Below are positions 23,301 through 25,902 of a DNA stretch of 25,902 nt, one piece after another. The position numbers and the translations under genes were made by a program. This stretch comes from an uncultured Myxococcales bacterium. GTDB lineage: Bacteria; Myxococcota; UBA4151. Below the pieces are notes generated by a model. It did no database searches. It was not told the origin of the DNA and was given only the letters and a program-made list of their open reading frames with translations. The number at the start of each line of letters is the position of its first letter. The first letter of the stretch is position 1. The stretch is taken from assembly GCA_964013405.1 (NCBI GenBank), contig CAXGWI010000037.1, positions 1 to 25,902 of the forward strand, read 5' to 3'.

Positions 23301-25902
23301 CTTGAGGACAGTCCCTTCTATTTGAGCGACCGTGCTCGTCCATGGCTGGCCAGTGGTGAGCACCCGCGCCGTGCTGCGATTAGCAGTTTCGGTTTTGGTG
23401 GCTCGGACTTCCATGCGGTGCTCGAAGAGTACCGACCCCAGCGCCCCGAGGTGGCTTGGGATGGGAGCGTCGACATCGTTGCCGTCAGCGCAGCCCGCCT
23501 CGATGGGCTCAAGCAGGCCCTCCAGTCCTTGCTGGAGGACCCGACTGCGGTGCCCCACTTCGCCCCGACCGACAGCCATCGGGCCGTTCTTGTGCTGGGT
23601 TCTGAGGAGGACCGAGCTGGGCGGATTCAGGAGATGCTGAAGGCGCTGGCGACGGCGCCCACCCAGTGGTCCTCGCCCCTTGGTAGCTACTACGCGCAAG
23701 GGCCGGCCGAGCCCATGGCCTTCGTCTTCCCCGGTCAAGGTGCTCAGCGGGTCGATATGTTGCTGGAGTTGGCCTGTCTCTTTCCCGAGTTCATGGAGCG
23801 GCTCACCGCTTTGGGCCCGCTGGCCCATTCCATCTATCCCATTCCAGCCCTGGACGACGCGGCTCGTCAGGCCCAGCAGGCTGCGTTGACCGCCACCGAT
23901 GTGGCCCAACCTGCACTGGGTGCGATCGGCAGTGCCTGCCAGGCTTTGATGGCGCGCTTTGGTCTCGAGGCTCAGCATTACGCGGGTCACAGCTACGGCG
24001 AGTTGGTCGCGTTGCACGCTGCGGGAGCGCTCACGGCCGAGGAACTCTTCGTGGCCTCCCAGCGGCGCGGCGAGTTGATGGCTGGCGATGGCGAGGACCG
24101 GGGCACCATGCTGGTGGTGCTGGCTCCCCTCGAGGCCATCAAGGGCCTGATCGAGAAAGAAGCTTTGGATGTCGTGTTGGCGAACGAGAATGCGCCGGCG
24201 CAGGGCGTGATTGCCGGTAGCCGAGAGGCCATCGACGCGGCGGAAGCTGCCTGCAAGGTGGCCAAGCTTCGGACCCGGCGGATTCCGGTGGCGGCTGCCT
24301 TCCATAGTCCTCTCGTCGCAACGGCAGAGACTGCCTTTACGGACTGTGTGGACAGCTTGGATTTCGCCGTTCCCGCGGCCCCGGTCTACGCCAACACGAC
24401 AGCGCAGCCTTACACGGGCAGTCGCGAAGACCGTGTGCGCTTGTTGGCCGGGCAACTGTCCCGGCCCGTCCGGTGGAAGGACAGTGTGGAGACCATGTGG
24501 GAGCAGGGTGCTCGACTCTTCGTGGAGTTGGGACCCGGCAAAACCCTCAGTGGCATGATCACTCGAACCTTGGGCGAGCGGGATCATCATTGCCTTGCAT
24601 TGGATGATGGTGGCGCCCGCGGCTCCCTCTTTGGTTTGGCGAAGCTCTTGGGTCGCTTAGCTGCCTTGGGGCAGCCCGTGCGGCTCTCCGAGTGGCAGCA
24701 GCGGGCCTTGGCGCCCCGGGCCGAGCAGATGGTCTCTCGGGAACCCCGGATGTCCATGCCGATTTCAGGCGTGAACTATCGGGCCCCTTACGAGCCCATG
24801 CCGCCCCGTGCGATCAAGCCGGCCGTCACCTCGCCGGTTGCCTCGGTGGGATCGCCCCCTTCGGCGCTACCTGTCGCTTCGGCGAGGCCCGCCGCACCGC
24901 CGCTGGCGGCGGATTCGGCCCTCTTACATCAAAGCCTCCAGCAGTTACAGGCCTTGCAGGCTCAGACAGCCCAACTCCATGGGCAGTTCTTGGAGGGGCA
25001 GCGGCAAGCGCAACTCGGCATTCAGAACCTGCTCTCAGGGGTTCCTGTCCAGCACCCGACGGCTCCGGTTCAAGTCCCGACGATGCCGGTCGTTCCTCCA
25101 TCGGTTGGAGCCCCCCCAGCGGCAGCCCCGATGGTCGCGGCGCCGAAGACCGCCGGACCATCGCCGGCGATCCCCGAAGTCCAAGGACCTGTGGTCGAAA
25201 AGGTTGCGGTGGTTGCCGCCGCACCGGTTGCCGCGATCTCCGCCGAAGACCTTGCTCAGGCCCTCTGTGCGGTCACCGCCGAGGCCACCGGCTATCCGGC
25301 CGAGATGCTCAAGTTGGAGATGGAGTTTGAGGCGGACTTGGGCGTTGATTCGATCAAGCGGGTGGAGATTTTGTCTCGCCTGGCCGATCGGATTCCCGGT
25401 GCGCCCCAGGTGAATCCGGAAGATTTGAGTGACCTGCGAAGCCTGGCTCAGGTCATCGACTTCATGGGTGAGAAGATTCAGGCCAGCCCCGTGGCTAGCA
25501 GCCCCCAGGCTAAGCCGACCCCGGTGGCGGCCGCGGCCAGCAGCACCTTAGGGCCGGAAACTGTGCAAGCCGCGGTCTTTGCGGTGATCGCTCAGACCAC
25601 CGGTTATCCGGAGTCCATGTTGGAAGCGTCGATGGAGTTCGAAGCCGATCTGGGTGTGGATTCCATCAAGCGGGTTGAGATTCTTTCTCGGGTCGCCGAC
25701 GCCCTGCCCGAGTTACCCCAGGTGAACCCGGAGGATCTAAGCGATCTGAGGAGCATCGCTCAGGTGGTGGCTTTCTTGACCGCCGATCTGGGGGCCACTG
25801 CCCCTGCCGCCCCGGTGAATGGGGCGAGCGGATCTGTACTGACTGCAGACCTTGTTCAGGCCGCGGTCTTTGCGGTGATCGCTCAGACCACCGGTTATCC
25901 GG
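20349..25902 (+). CDS. Iterative type I PKS / PUFA-synthase: PfaD-type enoyl reductase fused to PfaA-type KS-MAT-ACP-ACP-ACP (runs off the right edge)
   Basis: One frame from the ATG at 20349 (GAGGGG SD). ER motifs YAYVVGAMANGI, AEADSGGHTD, APAADMFEMG and DYQIWCGP. KS motifs VAIVGMG, VDAACASS (Cys at 22662), EAHGTGT and KSQIGHTK. MAT motifs FPGQG, GHSYGE (Ser at 23991) and AFHS. ACP motif EADLGVDSIKRVEI (Ser at 25350 and 25662). Confidence 0.93.
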   Translation, partial: MGLSDAQRRRRIGWWRAGQKAPDHGAEALQRAAQRVDEPFCLVEAEGRLAVAQEGTWGLGLGQGGDYPLMARVPALHPSTLGAQSFLDDYQVRYAYVVGAMANGISSVDLVAAAAEGGLLGVFGAAGLAIDEVAAAIKTLKQRLGAKTFGVNLIHSPQEPELESALVDLLIEESIETVSASAFMGLTPALVRYRVQGLSQGEKGQVVIGHRILAKVSREEVAKQFLRPAPAKILNQLLEAGQITALQAKLAAQVPMADDLTAEADSGGHTDHRALVVLLPALLALRDQIQLEQGYAQAPRVGAAGGIATPSSAAAAFSLGADYILTGSVNQACLESGSSDRVRQMLAVAKSTDVTRAPAADMFEMGVTVQVLAKGTLFAQRAKRLDGLYRRYASLDELPADERSKVEEILGQSIDEAWASCERFFEQRDPSQLEKAANDPKHRMALVFRAYLGLSSRWANAGEPSRAMDYQIWCGPSMGAFNDWVQGTWLEEWSSRRVLPIAHNMLLGAAAQLRLSTLRAQGVPLPHVGDFKPLSAAAAAKLLARPVVEATGPESAVTEEVEAPATGSDREAVAIVGMGALFPKAADLDGYWRALRQGVDAIDEVPASHWSLDDYYDEDPQTPDMTYGRRGGFLDPVDFDPTEFGIPPTIMEATDTSQLLALMVARQALEDAGYGEGVSWDRSRASVVLGVTGTQELVINLGARLGHPRWRRALEEAGVDAETREDVIARIAQSYVGWQESSFPGLLGNVVAGRIANRLDFGGTNCVVDAACASSFGALHMALMELETGRADMVLSGGVDALNDIFMHMCFSKTPALSATGDCRPFSAEGDGTVLGEGVGMVVLKRLADAERDGDRVYAVLRSVGTSSDGRAKSIYAPVASGQARALRSAYEQAGAPPETIGMLEAHGTGTKAGDVAEFTALNEVYRQAQSEGTWCAIGSVKSQIGHTKAAAGAAGLIKAALALRHKVLLPTLKATEQPNPKLGLEDSPFYLSDRARPWLASGEHPRRAAISSFGFGGSDFHAVLEEYRPQRPEVAWDGSVDIVAVSAARLDGLKQALQSLLEDPTAVPHFAPTDSHRAVLVLGSEEDRAGRIQEMLKALATAPTQWSSPLGSYYAQGPAEPMAFVFPGQGAQRVDMLLELACLFPEFMERLTALGPLAHSIYPIPALDDAARQAQQAALTATDVAQPALGAIGSACQALMARFGLEAQHYAGHSYGELVALHAAGALTAEELFVASQRRGELMAGDGEDRGTMLVVLAPLEAIKGLIEKEALDVVLANENAPAQGVIAGSREAIDAAEAACKVAKLRTRRIPVAAAFHSPLVATAETAFTDCVDSLDFAVPAAPVYANTTAQPYTGSREDRVRLLAGQLSRPVRWKDSVETMWEQGARLFVELGPGKTLSGMITRTLGERDHHCLALDDGGARGSLFGLAKLLGRLAALGQPVRLSEWQQRALAPRAEQMVSREPRMSMPISGVNYRAPYEPMPPRAIKPAVTSPVASVGSPPSALPVASARPAAPPLAADSALLHQSLQQLQALQAQTAQLHGQFLEGQRQAQLGIQNLLSGVPVQHPTAPVQVPTMPVVPPSVGAPPAAAPMVAAPKTAGPSPAIPEVQGPVVEKVAVVAAAPVAAISAEDLAQALCAVTAEATGYPAEMLKLEMEFEADLGVDSIKRVEILSRLADRIPGAPQVNPEDLSDLRSLAQVIDFMGEKIQASPVASSPQAKPTPVAAAASSTLGPETVQAAVFAVIAQTTGYPESMLEASMEFEADLGVDSIKRVEILSRVADALPELPQVNPEDLSDLRSIAQVVAFLTADLGATAPAAPVNGASGSVLTADLVQAAVFAVIAQTTGYP
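25245..25902 (+). repeat. Tandem ACP-domain repeats (two complete, third truncated)
   Basis: Repeated TGYP..ML...MEFEADLGVDSIKRVEILSR units. An identical 43-nt stretch occurs at 25569-25611 and 25860-25902 (period 291 nt). Confidence 0.9.

Noticed and set aside
22323..24590. Long minus-strand ORFs (288 and 452 aa)
   Set aside because: They are antisense to the KS and MAT domains of the PKS, which has clear catalytic motifs on the plus strand.
1..25902. CRISPR array, tRNA/rRNA, IS element, prophage or defence system
   Set aside because: No regularly spaced DNA repeats, RNA-gene signatures, or transposase, integrase or nuclease motifs were seen. The repeats present are protein-domain repeats.

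Overview
GC-rich, densely coded bacterial DNA. The host is most likely Myxococcota, inferred from a MYXO-CTERM-like sorting signal, myxobacterial Cys-rich repeats and a pfa1/pfa2-type gene order. From left to right the window holds a partial prfC, a TonB-dependent receptor, a DUF3152-like zinc-peptidase, a hypothetical protein, a Cys-repeat/cytochrome c lipoprotein and an NAD-dependent epimerase. Next comes a minus-strand run of a PqqB-like MBL hydrolase, a secreted metallophosphoesterase, an unannotated 27-codon poly-Cys ORF and an ATP-grasp ligase. A reductive pyrimidine-catabolism cluster follows (NCS2 permease, beta-ureidopropionase, class III aminotransferase, plant PYD1-like PreA, SSS symporter), then a cytochrome c/Cu-monooxygenase lipoprotein and a DUF805 protein. 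The window ends in a >5.5 kb ORF, absent from the ORF track, in which a PfaD-type enoyl reductase is fused in frame to a PfaA-type KS-MAT-(ACP)n PUFA-synthase. The two most notable signals are (1) a probable leaderless poly-cysteine uORF attenuator (TTGCGG-N17-TAGCCT-N6-ATG, MISTVNIQMTAGNCACCCCCSTAPQAS) upstream of the ATP-grasp gene and (2) the PfaD-PfaA fusion. All family assignments come from motif recognition by eye; no database search was run.
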